From contig JANPLU010000101.1 of assembly GCA_031422435.1 (NCBI GenBank), forward strand, positions 1 to 64,000: a DNA stretch of 64,000 nt, given 5' to 3'. The stretch comes from Acaryochloridaceae cyanobacterium VAR_48_metabat_390. Its GTDB lineage: Bacteria; Cyanobacteriota; Cyanobacteriia; Thermosynechococcales; Thermosynechococcaceae. The translations under genes were made by a program, and so were the position numbers. Below the pieces are notes generated by a model. It ran no database searches and was not told the origin of the DNA. It worked only from the letters and a program-made list of their open reading frames with translations. Each line of letters begins with the position of its first letter. Within the stretch, counting starts at the first letter, position 1. Shown in pieces: positions 41,496 through 51,699 of the stretch.

Positions 41496-42980
41496 ATGAT
41501 TTTTATCCTACTTATTCATTCGGCAATATCAGTTTTTACTTATATAATTATAACTTCTAATAGTATAATCAATAACTCAGATCTCTTAATTTTTATTTCG
41601 CTCTCAATATTGGCTCTTCCGATATATTATCTATTATCTAGAGAGAAAAGAGATCAAACTCAAAATAAATCCATAATTAAAACAAGTATTTTCTGGTTTT
41701 TCGTGTTTTTCTTTGTTTGCTTTTATCATTTTCGTGCAATTTATTCAATTTATAATAAAGATTATAAATTAATAGATAGTTTATATTCTGCGGGCGATCA
41801 AAACTATTTTATATTATTATCAATTTTATTTTTTACCTTATCCTTAAACTTATTTGTCTTGGTTGGGATCAATACCAAAAGACAGACATTCCTCGTTAAA
41901 TATTTAGAGAAGTTATTGAGTTCAATTTTCAAACAAGCAAACTTAAATTCAGAAAATAACAACCCTAATTTGGGTAGATTTTATGCAAGGCAGAATATAA
42001 AAATAACTTTTTGGATCCTTATGCAGGGCACCTCCTTTTCTCTGATATATCTATTATCGAAATTAGCTGGAGGGAGACTTACGGAATTTACAGATAATGC
42101 TTATCTATATTTGTTTCCTGTTGCAACATACGGAGTTGATCTGTATGTTTTTTCCAACCTATTTTCAATTAAAACTAAAAACAGAAGAAACAAACTAAGT
42201 ATTATATGTCTTTCACTCGTTATGATAATTATGAAATCAATTATAATGAGGCAGCTCAGCTCTTTTCGATCAGTTGCTCTTTGTCTACTAATATCAATAG
42301 TCATAGGCCTAATATGTAAAAGTTTAAATAACTTATTTTTGATAATATTCTACTTATTTATAATTCCTCTAATAACTTTCTTAGGCCAAACACGTTATGA
42401 TACAGCTAATGAATTTTCAGATTCCTTTGAAAACCTTATTTCTTCAGATTTTTTCACTGATTATTTTAAGTCTATCTTTTTATCTTTTTCTTCTAATGGC
42501 GACTATACAGCTTTTGACGTATTTGTATCCGTACTATCTCACAAGCAAGAATTCTATCCCTTTGGACTATCTTTCTTATATATACCTTTTCATTTAATTC
42601 CAAGGTTTATTTGGTCAAATAAGCCAATAGCAGGTTCATTGACTGATGACTCATTTAACTTAGCATTTCAAGCTGGTAAGTTTGTAAGCATTCCATATAC
42701 ACCTGGTATTGTAGGTCAATATTATTTAGAAGGAGGAATATTTTTTATGTTTATCTTAATTGCCTTAACAGCATATTTCTGTCGGTCTCTTGATTATGCA
42801 TTTGAGAATGCCTTTAAAAATAACGAAGCAACTAATCCTTCATTTATTTACGGACTTTTCTTTTTTTATACTTCCCATTATATTAGGCTGATTCCATACC
42901 AATATTTTTATGGAATATTTATTATTTTGCTTGGATATTATTTCTCTAAAAAAATAGACTTTTTGAGTGCTAGTAAATAG
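41496..42980 (+). CDS. Probable Wzy polysaccharide polymerase
   Basis: Very hydrophobic, AT-rich; IPRFIWSNKP and TPGIVGQYYLEGG periplasmic-loop motifs typical of Wzy. Confidence 0.7.
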   Translation: MIFILLIHSAISVFTYIIITSNSIINNSDLLIFISLSILALPIYYLLSREKRDQTQNKSIIKTSIFWFFVFFFVCFYHFRAIYSIYNKDYKLIDSLYSAGDQNYFILLSILFFTLSLNLFVLVGINTKRQTFLVKYLEKLLSSIFKQANLNSENNNPNLGRFYARQNIKITFWILMQGTSFSLIYLLSKLAGGRLTEFTDNAYLYLFPVATYGVDLYVFSNLFSIKTKNRRNKLSIICLSLVMIIMKSIIMRQLSSFRSVALCLLISIVIGLICKSLNNLFLIIFYLFIIPLITFLGQTRYDTANEFSDSFENLISSDFFTDYFKSIFLSFSSNGDYTAFDVFVSVLSHKQEFYPFGLSFLYIPFHLIPRFIWSNKPIAGSLTDDSFNLAFQAGKFVSIPYTPGIVGQYYLEGGIFFMFILIALTAYFCRSLDYAFENAFKNNEATNPSFIYGLFFFYTSHYIRLIPYQYFYGIFIILLGYYFSKKIDFLSASK

Positions 42981-42997
42981 ATAGATTGTTGATCCTT

Positions 42998-44176
42998 ATG
43001 AAGCCTACTATTAATTTCACGGTCTGTGGTAAGTTTCATTTTTCTAATTATATTAAGTATGTTTATCAAAACGAATTATTGAATCATTTTTATTATTCTC
43101 ATAGAATAGCTACAAATGCAAAGAGTATGGGAATTCCTTCTTCTAAATGTAGCAATATATTCTTGAAGGAGTATCTTATATACATAAATATGAGAATATT
43201 TAAAGCAAGTAATCATGTAAATGAAAAGACTTTTCCCATATATCATGATATATGGCAAGCCTTAGTTTTAGCCCGATATTCAAAATCTAATATTCTTCAT
43301 TTCATGCTTCATGGTACGAGCAATAAAATAATTGATAAGGCAATAAATCAAAAAAGTATTATTCTTGGTGAACCAGTTAATTGTCATCCCTTATACTCTA
43401 AAACTATTCTTGATGATGAATACACAAGACTCGGTTTATCTCAAGCAACAAAATCTTTGTCAACTCAACATCAACGTTTAATTAATGAAATTGACAAATG
43501 TAACTATCTTCTTGCTCCTTCTGAATTTGTAAAAAATTCTTATATTAAATATGGGTTTGACGGTTCTAAAATTTATGTCATACCTTATGGAGTAGATCTT
43601 ATTAAATTTAACTCCTTTGAATCTATAAGTAGAAATAGTCAAGTCAATCCAAAGTTAAGGGTAATCTGTGTTGCACAAATATCTCCCAGAAAAGGTCATA
43701 TTTATCTCTTAGAAGCATTTAAATACTTAGACAGGGCTAATTTTGAGTTGCTTTTTATTGGGTACTTAAGTAAGGAGATGAAGGAAGTCTTGTCAAAGTA
43801 TGAAGGTCAGTTTACTCATATTGATCACGTTCCTAATAACTGTCTCCATAATTATTATCGCGAATCTGATGTATTTGTACTTCCCTCATTGGAAGATGGT
43901 TTTGCAGTTGTAGTTACTGAGGCTATGGCATGTGGGTTGCCGGTAATTATAACAACAAATACTGGCGCCTCTGAGCTTATTGAACATGGGAAAGAAGGAT
44001 ATATTGTAACTATCCGCTCTCCAGAAAGCATTGCAGAATGTTTGGAAAAGCTTTTATTAAATCCTGATTTACGGACGCGGATGTCTGAAGCTGCTTTAGA
44101 AAAGTCAAAATCAAGTTTAAGTTGGGAGCTTTATGCAAATAGGCTATGTGACTTATACAAATCATTATATTTTTAA
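42998..44176 (+). CDS. GT4 family glycosyltransferase
   Basis: RKG, PSLEDGFAVVVTEAMACGLP (Ex7E). Confidence 0.9.
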   Translation: MKPTINFTVCGKFHFSNYIKYVYQNELLNHFYYSHRIATNAKSMGIPSSKCSNIFLKEYLIYINMRIFKASNHVNEKTFPIYHDIWQALVLARYSKSNILHFMLHGTSNKIIDKAINQKSIILGEPVNCHPLYSKTILDDEYTRLGLSQATKSLSTQHQRLINEIDKCNYLLAPSEFVKNSYIKYGFDGSKIYVIPYGVDLIKFNSFESISRNSQVNPKLRVICVAQISPRKGHIYLLEAFKYLDRANFELLFIGYLSKEMKEVLSKYEGQFTHIDHVPNNCLHNYYRESDVFVLPSLEDGFAVVVTEAMACGLPVIITTNTGASELIEHGKEGYIVTIRSPESIAECLEKLLLNPDLRTRMSEAALEKSKSSLSWELYANRLCDLYKSLYF

Positions 44177-44237
44177 TGATTTGTGATTAGCTCTGATTCT
44201 AAGATTTATTCAAAAAATATCTTATATTATTTAATTT

Positions 44238-45374
44238 ATGCTCAACACTACTATAAAAGCTGTCATAATATGGTCTACTTATGGCTCATATCATCTTGCT
44301 AGAGTACAAGCGTTAATCAATATTGGTTTTGAAGTTGATTGTATAAGTTATGCTTCGATGGATCCTAAGTATCCTTTTTTTGCTTCAAGCTTAGCTAGTA
44401 TAAAAGTAATTAATCAGTGTGACGCTAATGATATTAATTTTATATTCTCATTTATAAAAACTTTCTTTATTCTTGTTAAGTCTAACCCCCATATAATTTT
44501 GACATGTGGATATGAACGACCCGAGTCTTTCTCATGTATTCTTTACTCAAAATTATTTTCGTGTAAATCACTTTTGCTTTTTGAAAATCAATTAGAGGAT
44601 AAAAAGAGAAGTAAAATTATTGAACTCATTAAAAAATACTATATTCGTTTTTTTGATGGCATCATTTGTGGTGGAAGTACGCATATTGAGTATCTTAAGC
44701 ATCTTAAATATCCGCTTGATAGAGTTGTAACGGGTTATGACTCTGTAGACAATTCACGTATTCAGTCTAGCAAAATACAAATTCATTCTCAAATCGAAAA
44801 GTCCTTATCACCTTTCCCCTTTTACTTTTTATGTATTGCACGGTTAATACACAAAAAAAATCTAACTACGCTCATTCAGGCATACACTCTTTATAAAGAA
44901 AAAATTACTAAATATGAAGAGAAATGGAAATTAGTTATTGGTGGAGAAGGTTTTCTCCGAGAAGACCTTCTAAGTAAAATCTTTCAAAGCGATCTATCAA
45001 ATGATGTATATCTTGCCGGACAAATTAATACTTTTGAGGATGTAGTTAACTATTACAGCTATGCCAAGGCTTTTATACTGCCTAGCAACCATAGCGAACA
45101 ATGGGGCTTAGTTGTTAATGAAGCAATGGCAGCAGGCTTACCCGTCATTGTCTCACAGCAGTGTGGATGCTCATCTGATCTCGTTCATGATGGAGTGAAT
45201 GGCTTTACCTTTGATGGTAATTCAGCTGAGGATCTTAGTGAGCACATGCTATGGATGCATCTCAACCAAGAAAAACTATCCCAGATGGGGAAAGCATCTG
45301 AGGCAATAATATCAAAATTCTCAACATCAGTATTTGCTTCAAATGTAAAAACACTCTACAAGCGATTACAATGA
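44238..45374 (+). CDS. GT4 family glycosyltransferase (paralog A)
   Basis: ARLIHKKN, EQWGLVVNEAMAAGLP. Confidence 0.9.
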   Translation: MLNTTIKAVIIWSTYGSYHLARVQALINIGFEVDCISYASMDPKYPFFASSLASIKVINQCDANDINFIFSFIKTFFILVKSNPHIILTCGYERPESFSCILYSKLFSCKSLLLFENQLEDKKRSKIIELIKKYYIRFFDGIICGGSTHIEYLKHLKYPLDRVVTGYDSVDNSRIQSSKIQIHSQIEKSLSPFPFYFLCIARLIHKKNLTTLIQAYTLYKEKITKYEEKWKLVIGGEGFLREDLLSKIFQSDLSNDVYLAGQINTFEDVVNYYSYAKAFILPSNHSEQWGLVVNEAMAAGLPVIVSQQCGCSSDLVHDGVNGFTFDGNSAEDLSEHMLWMHLNQEKLSQMGKASEAIISKFSTSVFASNVKTLYKRLQ

Positions 45375-45447
45375 GAAAGCGGACTGTATAAGATGTTTGC
45401 TTTTTTATTAAATACTATATCGAGAGTGTTTTTGTCGGGGGGATAGA

Positions 45448-46584
45448 TTGCATAAAAATCGTTTAATAACAATTTGGGCTACCTATGGTCCTTATCACTT
45501 AGCTAGAGTTCAATCACTTATAAATGTGGGCTTCCTTACAACTTGTCTAAGCTATGCGAAAAGTGATACAAATGGATATCCATTTTTTAATCAACAGGTC
45601 TCAGGTGGTATCTGCATTAATGATTGTGATATATCAAAAATAAATCCTTTTACTTCCTTTATTAGAACATTTAATGTGCTAGTAAAATCTAGGCCAGATC
45701 TAATATTAGCTTGTGGATATGAGCGGCCAGAGTCTCTTGCAAGTATAATTTATTCAACATTATTTTCAGTTAAAGTTTTTTTGCTTTCAGTTAATCAAGA
45801 AGAAGATAAAAAAAGAATATTTTTGGTTGAATTAATCAAAAAATATTACATTCGTCTCTTCGATGGTGTTGTTGTGGGTGGCAATACTCATCTGCAATAC
45901 TTTAATAAGCTACAATACCCTCTAGATCAAATTGCTGTTGGTTATAATTGTGTTGACAACGAAAAAATTTCTATTCAAGCTAAAATAATACGGACTCATA
46001 AACTAAGCCGTTTATCTCCTTATGAAAATTACTTTTTATGTATAGCTCGATTTATACCTAAAAAGAATTTGTCTACCTTAATCTACGCATATTTACTGTA
46101 TAAAGAGGAAATATCTCCTGAATTTAAACCTTGGAATCTTGTAATCTGTGGAGAGGGCAAAATAAGAGGTGAATTAGAAGAAGTAGTTCAGAAGAACTCA
46201 CTTGTCGAAAATGTACATTTTCCAGGTCAAATTGATGATCTTGAAGATATCATCAATTACTATAGTTATGCTAAATCATTTATATTGCCCAGTAGTGGCA
46301 ACGAGCAATGGGGACTAGTAGTGAATGAAGCAATGACAGCAGGGCTTCCGGTCATAGTCTCTCAACAATGTGGATGTTCATCTAATTTAGTGCAGAATGG
46401 CATAAATGGCTTTGTTTTTGATGCAAACTCTAAGGAAGCTCTATGTAGCCACATGTTATGGATGCATAGAAATCAAGAAAAATTGCCTCAAATGGGAGAA
46501 CATTCATTTGAAATAATCTCTAAATATTCTCCTGACGCATTTGCTGCTAATGTTAAAGACTTATATCAAAAAACTAGTACATAG
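45448..46584 (+). CDS. GT4 family glycosyltransferase (paralog B)
   Basis: ARFIPKKN, EQWGLVVNEAMTAGLP; same length as paralog A; TTG start. Confidence 0.9.
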   Translation: MHKNRLITIWATYGPYHLARVQSLINVGFLTTCLSYAKSDTNGYPFFNQQVSGGICINDCDISKINPFTSFIRTFNVLVKSRPDLILACGYERPESLASIIYSTLFSVKVFLLSVNQEEDKKRIFLVELIKKYYIRLFDGVVVGGNTHLQYFNKLQYPLDQIAVGYNCVDNEKISIQAKIIRTHKLSRLSPYENYFLCIARFIPKKNLSTLIYAYLLYKEEISPEFKPWNLVICGEGKIRGELEEVVQKNSLVENVHFPGQIDDLEDIINYYSYAKSFILPSSGNEQWGLVVNEAMTAGLPVIVSQQCGCSSNLVQNGINGFVFDANSKEALCSHMLWMHRNQEKLPQMGEHSFEIISKYSPDAFAANVKDLYQKTST

Positions 46585-46760
46585 TTCTATTCCCTCCAAA
46601 CAGTCTGTTTTTAATGCTAGACTCCTTCTTTTATATTGGTAGAGATTCTACTGATATTTCTGAATTTATTAGTCTGCTTAATTGGGATTTATCAAAATTC
46701 CTGAGCCAGAAATTCAAGATGTTTTTATTGACTATTTTAACTGCATAGTACATATTTATT

Positions 46761-47924
46761 ATGTTAACTAAAAACGTATGCATGATTGGGACATTTCCAC
46801 CTCCTATTCACGGTATGTCAAATGTCAATAGTCAGGTTTTTCTGCTATTGAGTGGAATGAACCATAACGCGAAAATGATTGATACATCGCCTCCGCAATG
46901 GTTGGGATCTCCATTTGCGCGGTTTCTGAAACCACTAAAAATTATTTTGAGCCTTGTTTATCTAGGTTATCTTTCAATTACATTAAGACCTACCATTTAT
47001 ATAGGAATATCTGGTGGGTTTGGTCAGTTATATGAGATCTTTTATATTTTAATATCTAGAGTTTTTAACCATAGATTATTTATTCATCACCATAGCTACG
47101 CCTACATTAATAAAAAAAGCATCATTACAAGTTTAGTCACTTATTTAGCTGGTTCTAGGGCAACTCATATTCTTCTTTGCGAAGATATGGCTTTGAAGTT
47201 TAAAAATTCTTATCCGACAGCACAAAATACTTTTACACTTTCTAATTCTTGTTTTATAAATCAGAGCAAAAATAATTCTTGTCCCTCAGATTTTGATATC
47301 GCAAATATAAGTGACTCTGAGAAACATTTTAAATCTTTTAGTTTAAATATTGAATTGTATAAAACGCCCACAAAGCTTGAAAAAACTATTAAGTTTGGAT
47401 TTTTGGGAAATATTACAATCGACAAAGGAATCCTTGATTTTTTAAAGATTGTTGAATTGATCAAAAATAAAAATTTGCCCTACATGGCGATTGTCGCAGG
47501 CCCATGTAAAAGTAAAGATCTACTATCCTTAATAAATCTTCAGGCATTAGATAATCAGCTCTTTAAATATATAGGAGCAGTTTATGATGATGAAAAAATA
47601 GGCTTTTTTAATGAAATTGATATATTAGTGTTTCCTACGAATTACATCAATGAGGCAGAACCTCTTACTATCTTAGAAGCAATGTCCCATAGTGTACCTG
47701 TCATTTCTAAGAGTCGTGGGTGTATAAGCTCTATTATTTCAGAGATATCTGGCTGGATTATTGAGGATGACCAAGATTTTCCTGATGAAGCCCTTAAGAT
47801 TATTCAACAATGTCATACCTCACCTTTAGAAATGAATCAAAAAAAACTGTTATCAGGCTCTTATTACCAGAATCTTAAGAATGAAAATCATGAAAAACTT
47901 TTGAATCTTATAAGTTGCATGTAA
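46761..47924 (+). CDS. GT4 family glycosyltransferase
   Basis: GTFPPPIHG, GFLGNI...KG, FPT...EAEPLTILEAM. Confidence 0.88.
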   Translation: MLTKNVCMIGTFPPPIHGMSNVNSQVFLLLSGMNHNAKMIDTSPPQWLGSPFARFLKPLKIILSLVYLGYLSITLRPTIYIGISGGFGQLYEIFYILISRVFNHRLFIHHHSYAYINKKSIITSLVTYLAGSRATHILLCEDMALKFKNSYPTAQNTFTLSNSCFINQSKNNSCPSDFDIANISDSEKHFKSFSLNIELYKTPTKLEKTIKFGFLGNITIDKGILDFLKIVELIKNKNLPYMAIVAGPCKSKDLLSLINLQALDNQLFKYIGAVYDDEKIGFFNEIDILVFPTNYINEAEPLTILEAMSHSVPVISKSRGCISSIISEISGWIIEDDQDFPDEALKIIQQCHTSPLEMNQKKLLSGSYYQNLKNENHEKLLNLISCM

Positions 47925-47953
47925 ATCTGATAACTGTATACCTGTACTAAATA

Positions 47954-48679
47954 ATGTTCTTTAATATGAATTTAAATATTCTGAAAGCTGTACTCACTTG
48001 GCCTAAATTTTCTTTTTCTTCGTACAAAATTGTTTCAAGACTTGTCAATCAAAGTATTTTACCTAATACAGTTATTGATGTTGGTGGTAATCTTGGTCAA
48101 TTTACAGTTGCTTCTGCAAAACTATTTAAAGATCCGCAAATTTTTACTTTTGAGCCGATGCCAAAGTGTGCCGAAAAAATTTCACAATATTCGATAAAAT
48201 TAAAGAACTTAACTATTTTTCCGGTAGCTATAGGAGAAAGTTCTGGTCATGTATCTTTCCAGGTTAACTCCCATATCCAGGCAAGCTCTATATTGCCCCT
48301 TGCTTCTTCTCACCTTACTTCTTTCCCCAATGCTAAAGAAGTTGAAGTTATTGACGTGGAAGTTAAAACCTTAGATTCAGTATTAGCTGATCATGAATTT
48401 AAGTCTCCCGTTTTGCTTAAAATTGACACTCAAGGCTATGAAGCTAACGTTATTCGTGGCGCAACTGAGACATTAAAAAGAGTCGATTATGTCCTGCTAG
48501 AAGTTTCCTTCAAAGAATTATTCAAAGGTGAAATGCTATTTCCAGAAATTTTAGAACTGATGGAATCTAACCATTTTAGATTTCTGCGCCCTATCAGTTG
48601 GTTTTGCGATCCAGTTAGTCAAGAAGTGCTTCAGATGGATGCTCTTTTTTGTAGAAAAACAAGGGCACTGTCTAACTAA
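47954..48679 (+). CDS. FkbM family SAM-dependent methyltransferase
   Basis: IDVGGNLGQF, FEP, LLKIDTQGYE. Confidence 0.9.
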   Translation: MFFNMNLNILKAVLTWPKFSFSSYKIVSRLVNQSILPNTVIDVGGNLGQFTVASAKLFKDPQIFTFEPMPKCAEKISQYSIKLKNLTIFPVAIGESSGHVSFQVNSHIQASSILPLASSHLTSFPNAKEVEVIDVEVKTLDSVLADHEFKSPVLLKIDTQGYEANVIRGATETLKRVDYVLLEVSFKELFKGEMLFPEILELMESNHFRFLRPISWFCDPVSQEVLQMDALFCRKTRALSN

Positions 48680-48780
48680 CGGGTGATGAATATCTTGAAT
48701 CAGTTACACAACAAGACTTTAGAGCATTTTTGAAAGGAATCACTGAGAACCTTCAATATCAAGGGTTAACGCCTTTATAA

Positions 48781-48809
48781 CCCATTAAGGACACAGTGCC
48801 CTTAGTGGG
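48781..48809. terminator. Hairpin between the polysaccharide operon end and the convergent PIN gene
   Basis: CCCATTAAGG...CCTTAGTGGG stem (one G-U) followed by HIP1 and T-rich sequence. Confidence 0.4.
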
Positions 48810-48848
48810 CGATCGCGTTTTGGTTTTGGAGGGAAATGCGATCACTCC

Positions 48849-48905
48849 TCAGCCGACCTTCTCAGGATTTATCCCCATTTCTCGTAACTTCGCTGCCAAA
48901 GCTTC
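48849..48905 (-). pseudogene. C-terminal relic resembling the tail of cyanobacterial Uma2-type proteins
   Basis: Reads EALAAKLREMGINPEKVG*, similar to the common LAAKLRELGIDP tail. Confidence 0.5.
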
Positions 48906-49323
48906 AGGCCGCATCACAAACTAATTTCTTAAAACTAGCCACAGAAACTATAGTTGTTTGTATTAAATTTTGAGCTTCAGTAAAATCTAAATCGCCAGTA
49001 ATCAAGAAATCTGCATTGCTTTCAATGTCACAGACTAGAAACTTAGCATCTTTTTGATCTCTAGGAAGATTAAGCTCCAATCCAGTACTCATTAAAACAG
49101 TAGCATTATCCAAAAACTCATACCATCGATTGAGCTGCTCTTGGAGTAACTTAAATTTTCTTCTGCTTAAAACTTCCTTGTATTCCCGTAAAATTTCTGC
49201 TGATACCACCCATTCAATTTCTGGATTACTAACAACAAAAAGAATAACAAACTCAGGATTTTTGCCAGATAGCGCCGCAGAAATTAAAACATTAGTATCA
49301 ATGATTACTTTAATTCTCCGCAA
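48904..49323 (-). CDS. PIN-domain putative toxin
   Basis: VIIDTNVLISA, E, RDQKD, ITGD acidic PIN motifs. Confidence 0.88.
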   Translation of the reverse strand: MRRIKVIIDTNVLISAALSGKNPEFVILFVVSNPEIEWVVSAEILREYKEVLSRRKFKLLQEQLNRWYEFLDNATVLMSTGLELNLPRDQKDAKFLVCDIESNADFLITGDLDFTEAQNLIQTTIVSVASFKKLVCDAA

Positions 49324-49550
49324 CGATAAGCCTCAATCTCCGCGACTATCTCATCATTAGTTAATGGATTATCTTGGTGTAATGCTTGGGTTTCTTTAAA
49401 TAACTGCTGTAAACTTGATACCAAAACTTCTCTTTCCTTACCTTCTGCTATGATAATTACCTCAACCCTTTGTCCAGGTTTAAAAGGTAAGCCTGACAAA
49501 ACGATATGATTTGGATCTTCTATAGTGAGATATCTTTTATAAGCATTCAT
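49305..49550 (-). CDS. Putative antitoxin partner of the PIN toxin
   Basis: MNAYK...LPFKPGQRVEVII...EIVAEIEAYR; overlaps the PIN start. Confidence 0.7.
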   Translation of the reverse strand: MNAYKRYLTIEDPNHIVLSGLPFKPGQRVEVIIIAEGKEREVLVSSLQQLFKETQALHQDNPLTNDEIVAEIEAYRCGELK

Positions 49551-49684
49551 AAAGTTTTTTATAATTTTAGCCATAATTATATCATTTAAGCAAATGGAAA
49601 TTGAGTCCGAAACTACGCGGTTAATCGAAGTCTCTAATTTCAATGGAGGGGTGATCGCACGCATCAAAAAAGATTAGGCTGGTG

Positions 49685-49759
49685 GGCAATTGCAGAAACT
49701 GGAAGGAACCTCTCTGTGCTTTCTTTATGTTTGGTGAAGGGGCGATCGCAGAATTGGAA
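49685..49759 (+). repeat. ~75-bp HIP1-containing imperfect repeat, copy 1
   Basis: GGCAATTGCAGAAACTGGAAG...TATGTTTG...GGGCGATCGCAGAATTGGAA; matches 51700-51776. Confidence 0.7.
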
Positions 49760-49924
49760 AAGATTGTGTCAGTTTTGCCGTGTCGGTTGGTAGGCGATCG
49801 CACACTGCAAAAGCAAGCCACGGTTTTTCTGTTGGTTCTTGGAAAATCGACCATCAAAGCTAGTAGGCGATCACCGCAAAGTTCTGGGGTAGCCTCACCA
49901 GCGCCAAAATGTTAGGGTTTTATC

Positions 49925-50902
49925 ATGAGCCTCCCAAGAGCAGACCTCGATTCGCCCTGGAAAGAAATTCTAAGAGCCTACTTCCCCCAGGCCATGCAGT
50001 TCTTCTTCCCCAACACCGCCGCCTTCATTGATTGGGATCGCTCCCATGAATTTTTGGACAAAGAATTTGTTCAGATCGCACGAGACGGTGAAATCGTCCG
50101 ACGCTATGCCGACCAGCTCGTCAAAGTGTGGCGCAAAAATGGAGAACCCCTTTGGCTATTAGTACATCTTGAAGTCCAAAGTCAATCAGAAACAGACTTT
50201 GCCGAACGAATGTTTACTTATTGCCTGCGAATCTTCGACCTATTTCGGCAAATCCCGACCAGTTTAGCCATCCTGTGCGACGAAAGCGCATCATGGAGAC
50301 CCCACAGCTACGGAGCAACCTATCCTGATTCGCACCTGCACTTCGAGTTTGGGGTCGCAAAATTACTAGACTGGCGCAACCTCAGCACAGAACTTGAAAC
50401 CAGCGAAAACCCATTCGCAATTGTGGTTTTAGCCCATCTAAAAGTCTTAGAAACCAAACGCAACAGCGACCGACGTAAAACTTGGAAATTTAGCCTAACC
50501 CGTGGTTTATACGATAAAGGCTATGAACGCCAACAGATTCTAGATTTATACCGTTTTATCGATTGGGTTATGATCTTGCCAGAGGCCAAAGAACGTGAAT
50601 TTTGGCAAGAACTACAAACCTTCGAAGAGGAACGTAAAGTGACCTACGTAACCCATGCCGAACGTTTCGGCTTTGAGCGAGGAATACAAGAAGGCAGACA
50701 AAAAGGCAGACAAGAAGGCAGACAAGAAGGGGAATTGACCCTGATTCTTCGACAGCTCACTCGCCGGATCGGCACACTGCCAGAGCCTTTACACAATGAA
50801 ATTCGCTTACTCTCCCTTGAACAAGTCGAAGACTTAGGAGATGCACTTTTGGAGTTTACCAACCTCACCGACCTTCAAAATTGGCTCAGATCAAATATTT
50901 AA
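49925..50902 (+). CDS. Rpn-like/putative transposase with DUF4351
   Basis: DSPWKEIL, FLDKE, ADQLVKV, HLEVQSQ, FAERMF, QEGR repeats, LGDALLEF. Confidence 0.88.
   Translation: MSLPRADLDSPWKEILRAYFPQAMQFFFPNTAAFIDWDRSHEFLDKEFVQIARDGEIVRRYADQLVKVWRKNGEPLWLLVHLEVQSQSETDFAERMFTYCLRIFDLFRQIPTSLAILCDESASWRPHSYGATYPDSHLHFEFGVAKLLDWRNLSTELETSENPFAIVVLAHLKVLETKRNSDRRKTWKFSLTRGLYDKGYERQQILDLYRFIDWVMILPEAKEREFWQELQTFEEERKVTYVTHAERFGFERGIQEGRQKGRQEGRQEGELTLILRQLTRRIGTLPEPLHNEIRLLSLEQVEDLGDALLEFTNLTDLQNWLRSNI
50687..50730 (+). repeat. 12-bp tandem repeat x3.7 (CAAGAAGGCAGA)
   Basis: Direct reading; encodes QEGRQKGRQEGRQEG. Confidence 0.85.
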
Positions 50903-51085
50903 GCCAAACATTTGAATTGAAATTAACCTACACTTTCAGCAAGGAAATTGAGAGTATTTTTCTAGGACTTATGGGTACACAGTAGCTTTCTTGAGAAGAG
51001 GTTTATGAGTCGATTTATGGCAAAACCTTTGGTAAAGCAAGACTTTAAGACTTAAAACCCAGAATAAATCATTAGGAGCTGACTC

Positions 51086-51673
51086 ATGATGATTGCAGCA
51101 AAAGAGAATTTTCCACCGCTTACCCCAGAAGAATACTTTACCTGGGAAGAACAGCAGCTAGAAAAGCATGAGTATATCAACGGTGAAGTCTATGCCATGA
51201 GTGGCGGCAGCAAAAACCATAGCCTAATCTCCGTCAGATTTACTACTCTATTTTCTAACCACCTAGAAGGCAGCGGCTGCGAAACAGGTAATTCAGACCT
51301 GAGAGTCAACATCATTAAAACAACGAATTACACCTATCCTGACATCAGTGTCACCTGTGATGATCGCGATAAAACCACAGCCCAATATATTACCTACCCT
51401 TGCTTAATCGTTGAAGTCTTATCAGCTGCTACAGAAGCTTATGACCGTGGTAGCAAATTTAGAATGTACCGTAACAATCCAGTCTTACAAGATTATTTAT
51501 TAGTGAGTTCCACAAAAATTGAAATGGATTTGTATCACAAAAAAGATGCAACAGGCGAATGGATTATCATTAACTACAAAGAAAGTGACATTGTAGAACT
51601 CAAAAGCATCAATCTCAGTTTCCTAATCGAACAAGTCTATCGCGGCTTAGTTCTAACTCCAGAATCTAAATAG
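51086..51673 (+). CDS. Uma2 family endonuclease
   Basis: EYINGEVYAM, H, YPDISV, IVEVLS, DRGSKF..Y; AGGAG RBS. Confidence 0.92.
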   Translation: MMIAAKENFPPLTPEEYFTWEEQQLEKHEYINGEVYAMSGGSKNHSLISVRFTTLFSNHLEGSGCETGNSDLRVNIIKTTNYTYPDISVTCDDRDKTTAQYITYPCLIVEVLSAATEAYDRGSKFRMYRNNPVLQDYLLVSSTKIEMDLYHKKDATGEWIIINYKESDIVELKSINLSFLIEQVYRGLVLTPESK

Positions 51674-51699
51674 ACTCTACTAGTTTTCCTCAACCAAAA

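Noticed and set aside
49650..49880. Repeated HIP1-like octamers about 50 bp apart as a CRISPR array
   Set aside because: Repeats are only ~8 bp, degenerate and irregular; no cas genes
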